DNA from: Candidatus Hydrogenedentota bacterium
GTDB lineage: Bacteria; Hydrogenedentota; Hydrogenedentia; Hydrogenedentales; JAEUWI01
Assembly: GCA_034669905.1 (NCBI GenBank)
Contig: JAXMOL010000070.1
Location: 1-34,020 of the forward strand
Length of the DNA stretch: 34,020 bases
Direction of reading: 5' to 3'
The translations under genes were made by a program, and so were the position numbers. Numbering within the stretch: position 1 is the stretch's first letter; each line of letters starts with the position of its first letter. Below, in pieces: positions 1-8,478 of the stretch. Under the pieces are notes generated by a model, which saw only the letters and a program-made list of their open reading frames with translations, had not been told where the DNA came from and searched no databases.

Positions 1-1117
1 GCTCCAGGAGGCTCGGCATCGTCGCCAACTGCCCGGAAGTCATACCGCGCACCTGCCCGCCGTCACGGGGTAGAAAGTAGAATTTACCCTGGCTGTGCCC
101 AAGCACGCGGAACGGCCACGGCGCATCGGCTCCCCTGCCTGCCGGTCGCGGTGTGCTGGCTGGCGGTGCCTGCGGTGCGGCAGGCCGGGCCTGCTCGGCA
201 TACGGCGCGTCCCTACCGGATGTCCAGCCGCTGTTAAACGTCGCACGGCTCTCCTGCTCTGTTAGCCCGGCATCCATCGCAGCGGCAACTAACACCTCAC
301 GCGCCTCGTGCTCCGGCACGGCAGGACGCCCGCCGAGATGGTACGCCTTGGTGTTCAGTGTCGCATTGCGGCTCCCCTGCGGCGCGTTGCGGATGTCCGC
401 CGCAGCGCCAGCGAGGGCGGTAGCAACGTAACCACGGCCAGCCGGTAGCGGTGTGCTGGCTGGCTGTGCTGTGGGTGCTGGCTGCTCTACCGGTGTGAGT
501 AGCTTGAGTACCACCCATGTGGGTATCTCGGCTATCTCCGCATCCGGGTCAAGGATTTCGTAATGCGCTCCCGTGCTACGGTGCACCGATGGCGGGTAGA
601 CGACTTGCCCGCCCGTATAGCGGATGTCTACGCGGTCAGCCACTATACCGACTTTATTCGCCTTCGGTATCTCGACGCCATCCGGCACGTGATAGTACAT
701 GTGCAAGCCGCCGCCGCCCGACTGAACGGTGAAGGTGTCCGTGAGGCCGTCGGGTATATCGCCGTCGATGTCTACCACCATCAGCCGCCCAGCGCGCTCG
801 CCGGTAATCAGGCCGATATTATAGCCCTGCGCAACGGCCTCATATGCTTCTGCCTCAGTCAAGCCCGGTTTAGTAGGCCAGCCGGTGCCGATTGGCCGCT
901 TGCCTGCGTTGTCGTCGGTGCCTTCGGGCTTGGAGAGCTTGACGAGCGGCCAGCCACGGCGGAATGCTAGGGTTATTGGGTCTATTGACAATTCCCCGGC
1001 TGGGGTGTTAGACTTGAGGTGAACAGGAGGGAAGTCTAACTTTCCGGCCCCTTCAGACGCGCCAACGTTTGGAAGGGGTTTTTTCATGTCCGGGGACACG
1101 CTATGTAATTGCTGCAT
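1..1117 (-). CDS. Bifunctional DNA primase/polymerase (Prim-Pol) with PriCT-like domain; runs off the left edge, probably a primase-helicase
   Basis: Absent from the ORF track (no stop in window). Manual minus-strand translation is open from ATG 1117 (alternative ATG 1087) to position 1. It shows RGWPLV..GKRP..GW, NIGLITG..LMVVDID, TVQSGGGGLHMYY, VDIRYTGGQVVYPPSVH, then GSRNATLN...ESRATFNSG and PFRVLGHSQGKFYFLP. Confidence 0.88.
   Translation of the reverse strand, partial: MQQLHSVSPDMKKPLPNVGASEGAGKLDFPPVHLKSNTPAGELSIDPITLAFRRGWPLVKLSKPEGTDDNAGKRPIGTGWPTKPGLTEAEAYEAVAQGYNIGLITGERAGRLMVVDIDGDIPDGLTDTFTVQSGGGGLHMYYHVPDGVEIPKANKVGIVADRVDIRYTGGQVVYPPSVHRSTGAHYEILDPDAEIAEIPTWVVLKLLTPVEQPAPTAQPASTPLPAGRGYVATALAGAAADIRNAPQGSRNATLNTKAYHLGGRPAVPEHEAREVLVAAAMDAGLTEQESRATFNSGWTSGRDAPYAEQARPAAPQAPPASTPRPAGRGADAPWPFRVLGHSQGKFYFLPRDGGQVRGMTSGQLATMPSLLE
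985..1014 (+). promoter_or_regulatory. Sigma70-type promoter antisense to the primase gene
   Basis: TTGACA (985-990), 18-bp spacer ending in TGt, then TAGACT (1009-1014). The -35, TGn and -10 hexamer match the tRNA-Gly promoter in this window. Confidence 0.6.
1021..1084 (+). ncRNA. Predicted ~65-nt cis-antisense (countertranscript) RNA
   Basis: Lies between the promoter at 985-1014 and a terminator. It has a small hairpin GGGAAG-TCTAA-CTTTCC (1029-1045) followed by the terminator hairpin. Confidence 0.5.
1048..1084 (+). terminator. Intrinsic terminator of the antisense RNA
   Basis: CCCCTTC-AGACG-cgccaa-CGTTT-g-GAAGGGG followed by T6 (1079-1084). Confidence 0.65.
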
Positions 1118-1120
1118 AGT

Positions 1121-1324
1121 TTAGGCAATCTCCATTTTCTGGGCCTGTACAAGGCGGTTGAGGTCTTCGATGTCATACCGGACGATACGTCCGAGCTTGA
1201 CGAATGGGACGGCGGGGAGTCCGCCGGGAACGGGGCCATAACTGCGCTGTTTGCGTAGCGTAGCCATTTGCACTCCCAAGTACTGCGCTGCCTGCTCTTC
1301 ATTCAATAGTCTGTTCGTGTTCAT
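1121..1324 (-). CDS. AlpA/excisionase-family helix-turn-helix protein
   Basis: 67 aa with LLNEEQAAQYLGV..TLRK.R..G...PFVKLGRIVRY, typical of the MerR-like Xis/AlpA HTH. Sits between integrase and primase. Confidence 0.8.
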   Translation of the reverse strand: MNTNRLLNEEQAAQYLGVQMATLRKQRSYGPVPGGLPAVPFVKLGRIVRYDIEDLNRLVQAQKMEIA

Positions 1325-1523
1325 GTGTGTGCCTTTCTGGCGTGGTTGCGGGTACCTTTGAAGTACCCCTGCGATGGATTAGTATCTCATGGAGTCCGGG
1401 GGCCTGCGATATATCGCAGAACTAATTTTCTGCCCGTTGTCCTTCTCTTGAGCCGCATTATAACACGGTAGGAAAGTGGATGGACGTACCACCGCAATAG
1501 GTGGATTTTAGGGCCTGCGCTGG

Positions 1524-1661
1524 ACACAATATATTGTGCTTTTGCCACTTTATACCTCGAAATATCCAACATAAAGCATCAAAAAAATACACATTTTTAT
1601 GTTGACACAAGATAATGTGTGTTTTTACACGTGAGGTAGGCTTTTACACTATATGTTGTGT
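1524..1661. promoter_or_regulatory. Four operator-like palindromes, consensus ACACA-N6(AT-rich)-TGTGT
   Basis: Cores CACAATATATTGTG (1525-1538), CACATTTTTATGTT (1590-1603), CACAAGATAATGTG (1606-1619) and CACTATATGTTGTG (1647-1660), in the AT-rich int-alpA spacer. Confidence 0.55.
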
Positions 1662-1666
1662 TTACC

Positions 1667-2893
1667 CTATTCTAGCCCCTTGATAGCGCTCTGAAAGCGG
1701 GTCGGGTCGGCATGTACATAGCGCATCGTCGTTGTAATGCTGCTATGTCCGCACAGGGATTTTACCGTCGCGATGTCTACGCCGTTCTTCACCAATCGGC
1801 TCGCGTATGAATGGCGCAAGTCGTGGAAGCGTAGCCCGGTAATCTTCGCCTCTGTCAGTGCGTCGTACCATCCTGATTTGATATCGACGAATCGCCCGCC
1901 GTCGTACTTGGTGAAGATAAAGCCCGACTTAGATCCCGTCTGCGCTTGCCAGTCGGTCAGGGCTTGCCGTGTCCGTGGTGTAAGGGGTAGCTCCCGGCTC
2001 TGCTTATTCTTCGCGCCCTTGCCTCTAACGACGATGACGTTATTCGTCCAGTCTACGTCCGCCCAGGTGGCCTGTAGAATCTCCCGCCGCCGCATTCCGG
2101 TACCGAGGGCAATCAGGATGATAGGCTCTATATGGCTCAGGAAGCGTGGGGGGTAGGGGAATGGGTGCTCTCGCTCTTCGTTCGCCGCGTCAATCTGCTT
2201 TATCATCTTATCTCGACGCGCCTTAAACATGGCGAATAGCTGCTTTTCCTCATCGTCCGTTATGGTGCGGATTGACTGATTGGCGTCTTCTTTCGCCAGC
2301 TTATAACCGAGTAACGGATTCACAGGGATTAGCTTCCAGCCTACCGCCTTCGATAGCGCCGCCCTGAGGGTTGCGAAGTCTCGATTAATCGTGGCATCTG
2401 AGGGAAGCCCGCGGGCACCGGGTAGCTTCCTATTCCGTCGCCATTCCCGGTGCTTGTCGAATAGCTCCTCGTTAAGCTCAGATAGTTTCGTTTTCAGTAG
2501 TGGCTGGAATCCGTAACGGATACGCTGTAACACGCTCTTATGGGATGATAGATTGCTCTCCGCAAAGGGTGCATACCATTCGTCTATGAATGCCGCAAGG
2601 GTCAGGACTTGACGCGCCTGCTTCTTTTCCTGCGCCGGGTCTCCACCTAGGGTAGTTTCTGCTGAATACTTCTTGGCCTTCTCTCTGGCACGCGTAACGC
2701 TCGCCTCTGGATACCGTCCTAACTTCATCCGTCGCCTAGCACCACTGTCCGTGCGATACTCGAAATAGAAGGTACGTAGCCCGGTAGGCTGGATTCTGCA
2801 CAGGAAGCCCGATACCTTTGTATCGCGTAATTCTATGGCCGTGTCGCCCGGCTCGGTCTCATCAAGTAGATCTTCCGTGATTAGTACACCCAT
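1667..2893 (-). CDS. int: Phage-type tyrosine integrase with N-terminal arm-binding domain
   Basis: 408 aa. N-terminal LRDTKVSGFLCRI..TG.RTFYFEYR...RMKLGRYP; catalytic residues in GMRRREI, AKNK, FHDLRHSYAS and LCGHSSITTTMRY. Adjacent to a tRNA fragment. Confidence 0.95.
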   Translation of the reverse strand: MGVLITEDLLDETEPGDTAIELRDTKVSGFLCRIQPTGLRTFYFEYRTDSGARRRMKLGRYPEASVTRAREKAKKYSAETTLGGDPAQEKKQARQVLTLAAFIDEWYAPFAESNLSSHKSVLQRIRYGFQPLLKTKLSELNEELFDKHREWRRNRKLPGARGLPSDATINRDFATLRAALSKAVGWKLIPVNPLLGYKLAKEDANQSIRTITDDEEKQLFAMFKARRDKMIKQIDAANEEREHPFPYPPRFLSHIEPIILIALGTGMRRREILQATWADVDWTNNVIVVRGKGAKNKQSRELPLTPRTRQALTDWQAQTGSKSGFIFTKYDGGRFVDIKSGWYDALTEAKITGLRFHDLRHSYASRLVKNGVDIATVKSLCGHSSITTTMRYVHADPTRFQSAIKGLE

Positions 2894-3034
2894 GATAGCC
2901 TCCGTAACTTAAGGGCAAATTAAGGACAGGGCCAGTATATATCAAGGGTATTTCAGAATACAAGAGGTGGCTGTAAGTGCTTTATTTGTAATGGTTAAAG
3001 ATGTCTAAGCCATTTCGGTAAATACGCCTTGCCA

Positions 3035-3093
3035 CGGATTCAAAATCCGGCGCTGGTAACAGCGTGGGGGTTCAAGTCCCCCCTCCGGCACCA
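3035..3093 (+). pseudogene. 3' half of tRNA-Leu(CAA): att-site duplication left by integration
   Basis: CGGA-TTCAAAA-TCCG anticodon arm (CAA at 3041-3043), long variable arm, GGGGG-TTCAAGT-CCCCC T arm and CTCCGGC-A-CCA end. The upstream sequence lacks the GCCGGAG 5' acceptor strand and a D arm. Confidence 0.85.
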
Positions 3094-3105
3094 TGTAATA
3101 CCGCC

Positions 3106-3149
3106 CGCCCCGCAAGCTTGCTCCGTTCAGGTTTGCGGGGCGTTTTTTT
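3106..3149 (+). terminator. Intrinsic terminator (probably the native tRNA-Leu terminator)
   Basis: CGCCCCGCAAGC...GTTTGCGGGGCG followed by T7. Confidence 0.8.
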
Positions 3150-3230
3150 ATGCCGCCAGAGTGGCGCAGCCCATTCCGGAAAGTGTCGTTCGTTTGAACC
3201 GGCCATGCGCCCTTGATACACTCACTTTCC

Positions 3231-4448
3231 ATGAGTAGTAACGATCCGGCTGTAGATGTGTTTTCTTCTGCTGCGTCCCTACCCCTCGCGGGGCCCGATG
3301 CGGTTTGGAGTCGGCGTGCCTTCCTGGGGCAGGTGGGTGTGGCCACGGGGCTTGCCTTGGGGACGACGTTCCCCGCCATCGCCCAGGCTGCCGAATCGCC
3401 CACGGAAGCCATCGAACGCATCGTGGCAGCGCGTCAGATTATCAATGTCCATGAGCACGTCCAGGGGGAGGCCAACACCGAGACCCTCCTGCGTGAAATG
3501 GATGCCCTGGGCATTGGGCGCACCATCCTCGTGGGCAGTCCGTGGTTTACCTTGTCACTCTATGAGCAGGCGGGCTTTACCCGACACGACGAGAACAATG
3601 CTGCCATCGTGGCCATGGCCCGTGCCCATCCGGGTCGTTTTGAAGCCTGGCCCACGGTGAACCCCCTGGAGGCGAACAAGGTCGAGAAGTTGAAGCCCCT
3701 GGTTGCGCAGGGTGCCACGGGGGTGAAGCTCTACCTGGGGCATGGGTACACGGCTTCTCGGCGGAACACCTATATTTTTCACCCCATGGCCATGGATGAT
3801 GCCCGGATGATGGAGGTCTACGAGTATTTGTCGGAGGCCCATCTGCCCGTCTGCTTTCATGTGAATCCCGCCAAGCCGGGCTTTATGGATGAGTTTGTCA
3901 CGGTGCTGCGGCGCTTTCCCGACCTCAAGGTGAACACGCCCCATTACATGCTTTCTTCCATGGTGCACTCTCGCCTCAATGAAATGCTGCGTACTTTTCC
4001 CAACCTGGTGGTCGATATCAGTTTCGGCCACGATGACTACCTGCGGACGGGGCTCCAACGTATTTCTTCCAGTACGGGCGCGTTTCAACGGCTCTTTACG
4101 GAATTTCCCGAGCGCTTTCTTTTTGGCACCGATTATGTCGTCACCAGCCTGCGGCCCCATGATCATGAATGGTATGCCATTCGTACCCAGGCCTATCTGG
4201 ATATGTTGAGCCGAACCTCTTACACCACCCCCTTACTACCGGGGCGAACCCTGAATGGGCTGGCCCTCTCGCCCCATCAACTGGAGTGTTTGCTTTACCG
4301 CAATTACACGTCGTTTCAAGCGCTTCGCCCCAGCGGGACGGTTATTACGCGGGAGGTGGAGTGGGGGAGATTGCGGGTTCCCTCGGTAGATCGTGCGCCC
4401 GGGCAGGCCCTCGACCCACCCGTCCGTCGTGGTCGGCGCCGGGGATGA
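3231..4448 (+). CDS. Tat-exported amidohydrolase-family (Amidohydro_2-like) protein
   Basis: SRRAFL twin-arginine motif plus hydrophobic stretch; INVHEH metal motif, GVKLY, VCFH and FLFGTD. Start placed at ATG 3231. Confidence 0.8.
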   Translation: MSSNDPAVDVFSSAASLPLAGPDAVWSRRAFLGQVGVATGLALGTTFPAIAQAAESPTEAIERIVAARQIINVHEHVQGEANTETLLREMDALGIGRTILVGSPWFTLSLYEQAGFTRHDENNAAIVAMARAHPGRFEAWPTVNPLEANKVEKLKPLVAQGATGVKLYLGHGYTASRRNTYIFHPMAMDDARMMEVYEYLSEAHLPVCFHVNPAKPGFMDEFVTVLRRFPDLKVNTPHYMLSSMVHSRLNEMLRTFPNLVVDISFGHDDYLRTGLQRISSSTGAFQRLFTEFPERFLFGTDYVVTSLRPHDHEWYAIRTQAYLDMLSRTSYTTPLLPGRTLNGLALSPHQLECLLYRNYTSFQALRPSGTVITREVEWGRLRVPSVDRAPGQALDPPVRRGRRRG

Positions 4449-4548
4449 GGGGGTACCGCGTTGCGGGGCCGGTCTGCGGTGTGAAATAATTCTTCTTCGG
4501 GGATAGTCAACCCCGACCCGGTCAAGAACACAACAGGGAGGCACGCAC

Positions 4549-4896
4549 ATGAGTCAGGAATTGGATAAAGACACGCGGATGTGGGCCATGTTTTGCCATT
4601 TGGCCGGCCTGGCAGGTTATATGATACCGCTGGGAAGCGTGGTGGGCCCCTTGATTGTGTGGCAGGTGAAGCGGGAAGAGTCTCCCTTTATCGACGAACA
4701 CGGCCGGGAGGCCATGAATTTTCAGCTCAGCTATCTACTGTATTTTGTGATCTGTATTCTCCTGGTCTTTTTTGCGGTGGGAATACTCCTGATATTCCCG
4801 CTGGTGATTGCCCATTTCGTGTTTATGATCGTTGCCGGAATTAAGGCCAACGATGGTAAAGCATACCGCATCCCCTTTATTATCCGGTTTTTCTAA
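4549..4896 (+). CDS. DUF4870-family membrane protein
   Basis: WAMFCHL..GPLIVW..K...FIDEHGREAMNFQ...AGIKANDG..YR.P; GGGAGG RBS. Confidence 0.85.
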   Translation: MSQELDKDTRMWAMFCHLAGLAGYMIPLGSVVGPLIVWQVKREESPFIDEHGREAMNFQLSYLLYFVICILLVFFAVGILLIFPLVIAHFVFMIVAGIKANDGKAYRIPFIIRFF

Positions 4897-4929
4897 GGGA
4901 TTGCGGATTCGCCTCGATAGACTTTTGCT

Positions 4930-4975
4930 CCGATTGGACTCGATAACCATCGAATCCGTCGGTTTTTGTTTTTTT
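4930..4975 (+). terminator. Probable intrinsic terminator
   Basis: Imperfect hairpin CCGATTGGACTCGAT-AACC-ATCGAATCCGTCGG followed by T runs. Confidence 0.5.
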
Positions 4976-5032
4976 GTTGGGCGTCAGGCCCAAGAAATCC
5001 TTTCCAACGGGTAGTATACCGTGTCTTTGGAG

Positions 5033-5641
5033 ATGTCTGAATTGCGTTATATTGTCGTAATTATCGGTTTATGTGTGTTGGGCGGGGTTTTTCCAGGGTG
5101 TGTATCCACTGGTTCCCAGCGGGACGATGATGGGGTGGTCATCTTCGACCCCGTACCACCCCAGTCTGTTCAGACCCAGTCGCTTCGCGATGTTCGTTTC
5201 CGTCGGTTCTCTAATGAAGAAGGGCACGTTCAGTCGGAATGGGTCAAAGAACCCTCCATATGGCCCGTGAATCACCCCGAGCGACAGGTTATTTCCCGCT
5301 TCGGGCCTCGGGGGCGTTCCCGCAAAATGCACCGGGGTATTGATATAAAGGCACCGCGGGGGGCTATCGTGGTGGCAACCGCCGATGGCACGGTTGCCAA
5401 GGCGGGCCGCAGCAGTGGCTATGGCAACTACATTGAGCTGGACCATGGTGATGGGGTTTCGTCGGCCTATGGCCACTTTGAGGAGTTGTGGGTCAGCGAA
5501 GGGGAGGTTGTGCGCCAGGGAACGCCTATCGGAAGCGTGGGGGCGACGGGCAATGCTTCTACACCCCACGTCCATTATGAAGTGCGGATTGACGAGCAGG
5601 CCTATGACCCCTGGTTGTTTCTTCCCGCGATTACCGAATAG
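5033..5641 (+). CDS. M23-family metallopeptidase, probable lipoprotein
   Basis: WPV..ISRFG.R...HRGID..A..G..V.ATADG.V...GYGNYI.LDH...YGH and STPHVHYEVR (HxxxD, HxH); N-terminal hydrophobic stretch with PGC. Confidence 0.85.
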   Translation: MSELRYIVVIIGLCVLGGVFPGCVSTGSQRDDDGVVIFDPVPPQSVQTQSLRDVRFRRFSNEEGHVQSEWVKEPSIWPVNHPERQVISRFGPRGRSRKMHRGIDIKAPRGAIVVATADGTVAKAGRSSGYGNYIELDHGDGVSSAYGHFEELWVSEGEVVRQGTPIGSVGATGNASTPHVHYEVRIDEQAYDPWLFLPAITE

Positions 5642-5762
5642 GGCGGGGTGGGCTGAACTGTACCACCTTGATGTGATTTCTAGCGACGTGGTCCCATGGG
5701 GTAGTTCTTCGGAGCACCGAAATTCTCACGACGGCACGAAATCATTCAAGGAGTAATCGCAT

Positions 5763-7394
5763 ATGCACGGCGGCAAGCTGGTAGGAAAAACTCTTAAGGC
5801 GGCGGGGGTGGAATGCGTATTTACCCTCAGTGGTGGTCATATCATGCCGATTTATGATGGTTGCACCGATGAGGGTATTGCTATTATCGACGTGCGCCAC
5901 GAGCAGTCGGCCGCCCATGCCGCCGATGCGTGGTCCCGGGTGCGTCCTGGCAGCATTGGCGTGGCCCTGGTAACCGCCGGGCCGGGTGTAACCGATGCCG
6001 TGACGGGCGTCGCCAATGCGTGGCGGGCCAATTCGCCCATGCTGCTTATTGGTGGCCAGGGGCCCTTTGCCAACCGCGGCAAGGGTTCCCTCCAGGAAAT
6101 GAACCACGTGGCCCTCATGAAGCCCATCACCAAATGGGCCGACTCGTGCTATGAGACCGAACGGATCCCCGAATACCTGGAGCTGGCCATGCGCCATGCG
6201 GTGTCGGGCATACCCGGGCCCGCCTTTCTTGAGTTGCCCATGGATATCCTCATGAGCGAGGCCCGTTGGGAGGTGCCGATTCCAAATATCCAGACCCGGC
6301 CCCCGTCCATTTCGCCGGCCCCTGAGCCTGTGGCGGCCGCGTTGGACGTCCTGGAGGCTGCGGAGCGTCCCATGATGATGGTGGGTACGAGCGTCAAGTG
6401 GTCTCAGGCCCAGGATGCCCTGCACCGCTTTCTGGAGAAAACCCATATTCCGGCCTATGCCAATGGCATGGGCCGCGGCATGTTGCCCCGAGACTCTGAA
6501 CTGCTTTTTAACCGGACCCGTCGCCAGGCCATGGAGGCGTGCGATGTCATTGTGCTTGCCGGAGCGGTACTCGATTTTCGTCTGGGCTTCGGGCAATCGA
6601 TTCCCAAAGAGGCGAAGATCATTCAGCTTGAGATGGATAACACGCTCATCGGGCAGAACCGCTCCACCGACGTGGCCCTGGTGGGTAATCTCGCCTGCAC
6701 CCTGGATGCCATGACGGCCGCCCTGGACGTCCGGGAGAAGCCCATCGACTTTGCAGACTACGCCAAGACCCTGCGGGTGGTGGAAGACGAGAAAGCGGCT
6801 GCTGTGGCCGCGAGCGCATCGAATGATCAGGTGCCCATCCACGCCGATCGCCTCTGTCGGGAGATTGCCGACTTTGTGAATGACGACATGATTATCGTGG
6901 GGGATGGGGGAGACATTGTGGCCAAGACCGCCAAGGTGCTGCCCGTCCCCAAGAACGGATTCTGGATGGATCCAGGGCCCCTGGGAACCCTCGGTGTGGG
7001 CATGCCCTTTGCCCTGGCAGCCCAGCATGCCCACCCGGACAAACGGGTACTCATTGTCTATGGCGATGGCAGTTTCGGACTCAACGGCTTCGAGTATGAC
7101 ACGGCGATTCGCTTCAATTTACCCATCGTGGGCATCGTCGGAAATGACGCGGCCTGGGGTCAGATGATGCGTCCCCAATTGGCCTTTTATCCGGACAAGC
7201 CGGCGGTGGCGACCCAGCTCAATTACACCCGCTACGACAAGATTGTGGAGGCCATGGGCGGGCACGGGGAATACGTCACCGAGCCGGACCAGATACGCCC
7301 TGCGCTGGAGCGCGCCTTTGCCTCGGGCAAGGCGGCCTGCATCAATGTGGAGATAGAGCGTGACCTGGCCTTTGGCGGGGGTATTTACGTCTAG
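5763..7394 (+). CDS. Thiamine-diphosphate enzyme of the acetolactate synthase / 2-hydroxyacyl-CoA lyase-like family
   Basis: FTLSGGH, DVRHEQ.A.HAADA, TAGPG and DPGPLGTLGVG; GDGSFG..(x)..ND ThDP-binding motif; AAGGAG RBS. Confidence 0.85.
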   Translation: MHGGKLVGKTLKAAGVECVFTLSGGHIMPIYDGCTDEGIAIIDVRHEQSAAHAADAWSRVRPGSIGVALVTAGPGVTDAVTGVANAWRANSPMLLIGGQGPFANRGKGSLQEMNHVALMKPITKWADSCYETERIPEYLELAMRHAVSGIPGPAFLELPMDILMSEARWEVPIPNIQTRPPSISPAPEPVAAALDVLEAAERPMMMVGTSVKWSQAQDALHRFLEKTHIPAYANGMGRGMLPRDSELLFNRTRRQAMEACDVIVLAGAVLDFRLGFGQSIPKEAKIIQLEMDNTLIGQNRSTDVALVGNLACTLDAMTAALDVREKPIDFADYAKTLRVVEDEKAAAVAASASNDQVPIHADRLCREIADFVNDDMIIVGDGGDIVAKTAKVLPVPKNGFWMDPGPLGTLGVGMPFALAAQHAHPDKRVLIVYGDGSFGLNGFEYDTAIRFNLPIVGIVGNDAAWGQMMRPQLAFYPDKPAVATQLNYTRYDKIVEAMGGHGEYVTEPDQIRPALERAFASGKAACINVEIERDLAFGGGIYV

Positions 7395-7597
7395 GTCCCC
7401 TGGCCGTGGCAGTTTTTTTTGGGTGTTCAGAATTGAAACGGTAGCGCCTTGAGAAAGAACTGCGGGGTTCCCTGGTGACAGGAATGAGCCGTTGGAGTTT
7501 TTGGGCATCTGGTGTCCGAGGGTTCCGCGTGGTGGACACGGGGCCCGCGAGGTGGCGACGGGAGCGGGACCAAGGTGCAATATGGTGGGGTTAATTC

Positions 7598-7625
7598 GAC
7601 ACCGGCGTGATATATTATCAGACGT
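7598..7625 (-). other. Degenerate dif-like half site (XerC arm plus centre)
   Basis: ATATATTATCAGACG (7610-7624) is identical to 8491-8505. The other arm is unrelated. Confidence 0.45.
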
Positions 7626-7982
7626 TGACTGCCTTCTGATGGACGGGGGGAAGGGCGGGAAGGGTGTGCGTGACGGGGTTTCTCATTGCCCGTGCTTTGT
7701 CGGCAGTCCTGGTAAACAAGTTCCGAGCTCGGCATGGCAACGAGAAGTCGCTCGGTCCGCCTGGTTGCCGTCACCGGGCTTCCTTCACCTTGGACTCTGG
7801 AGGGCCTGGTCTCAGGGCCTGTCTTCGAGCGGTGGCAAAGTGGCCCTGAGGGATCCTGTTATTGGTTGGTCGGGCCAGGTGACCGTACGGTAGGGTGGGT
7901 TGAGCTTTTCCTGGCGCGGGGTGTCGACCGGGGAATCCGGGTGGCGTATTCGACCAGGTTTTCCAGGTCGCCCTACAAACGC

Positions 7983-8011
7983 TTGACAGCGTTCGGACAA
8001 GGTGCTAGACT
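7983..8011 (+). promoter_or_regulatory. Sigma70 promoter of tRNA-Gly
   Basis: TTGACA (7983-7988), 17-bp spacer with TGc, TAGACT (8006-8011), just upstream of the tRNA. Confidence 0.75.
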
Positions 8012-8028
8012 GGGCCTACCTTAAGTGA

Positions 8029-8104
8029 GCGGGACTAACTCAGTTGGTAGAGTGCCAGCTTCCCAAGCTGGATGTCGCGGGTTCGAACCCCGTGTCCCGC
8101 TCCA
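8029..8104 (+). tRNA. tRNA-Gly(CCC)
   Basis: 76 nt. GCGGGAC/GTCCCGC acceptor stem, D loop AGTTGGTA, CCAGC-TTCCCAA-GCTGG anticodon arm, GGTTCGAACC T loop and encoded CCA. Confidence 0.97.
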
Positions 8105-8364
8105 TTTTATTTTTCCCTCCTTCTAAGGTTTCTTTTTCTCCCTGATGCTAACCGGGGAGACTTGCGCTCCTGGCTACCTTGCCAGGGCACCTGCCGCGCA
8201 CAGCCCTTTCTCGACGCCTATCATGGCGATCTCGCATGCCAGAGTGATTTGTTTTTAAACAGGTGTGTCCGACTACTGAAAATCTGTCCGGGCACAAAAC
8301 CTTTATAGTGATTGTGAGTTGCATATATTGCTGCAAGGCAGTGGCTTATGGTGTGGCAGCTAAT

Positions 8365-8391
8365 ACAAAACATAAGGTATATATAGGACAG
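8365..8391 (-). other. Degenerate dif-like site
   Basis: Plus strand ACAAAACATAA-GGTATA-TATAGGACAG versus ATAGAACATAA-TATATA-TTATCAGACGC at 8479; same orientation. Confidence 0.35.
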
Positions 8392-8478
8392 ACAGGAGGA
8401 GGTGTTTGGTGTGGAGCCATAGGTTCTGGCTGTGACTTTGTAGGTGTTTTAAATTGATACCATATAAGCCCTGTCCAT

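Larger units (their letters stand above)
1..3093. mobile_element. Right end of an integrative element (phage satellite/PICI-like or prophage) inserted in tRNA-Leu(CAA)
   Basis: Co-oriented int, alpA/xis and primase; AT-richer spacers; bounded by a 5'-truncated tRNA-Leu. The left end lies outside the window. Confidence 0.8.

Noticed and set aside
1387..1572. 61-aa ORF between int and alpA
   Set aside because: No motif or clear RBS, and it overlaps the operator-like palindrome region. Probably regulatory DNA.
3007..3093. Intact tRNA-Leu gene
   Set aside because: There is no 5' acceptor strand complementary to CTCCGGC and no D arm. Only the anticodon arm to CCA is present.
3155..3172. GCCAGAGTGGCGCAGCCC resembling a tRNA 5' end (permuted tRNA idea; pairs 6/7 with the fragment's acceptor strand)
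   Set aside because: It lies beyond a terminator and has no D-loop GG or closing D stem. The att-duplication explanation is simpler.
5742..7034. Long antisense ORFs (here and e.g. 12899-13960, 24199-25209)
   Set aside because: Shadow frames of high-GC genes on the opposite strand.
7647..7664. Two GGGAAGGG KOPS-like octamers pointing towards the dif-like site
   Set aside because: Opposite-orientation copies also occur in the window, and the E. coli KOPS motif may not apply to this organism.
7736..7970. Several short inverted repeats (e.g. CTCAGGGCC/GGCCCTGAG at 7811-7850) as a structured RNA
   Set aside because: Expected by chance in GC-rich DNA. No promoter-terminator frame or known riboswitch motif was recognised.
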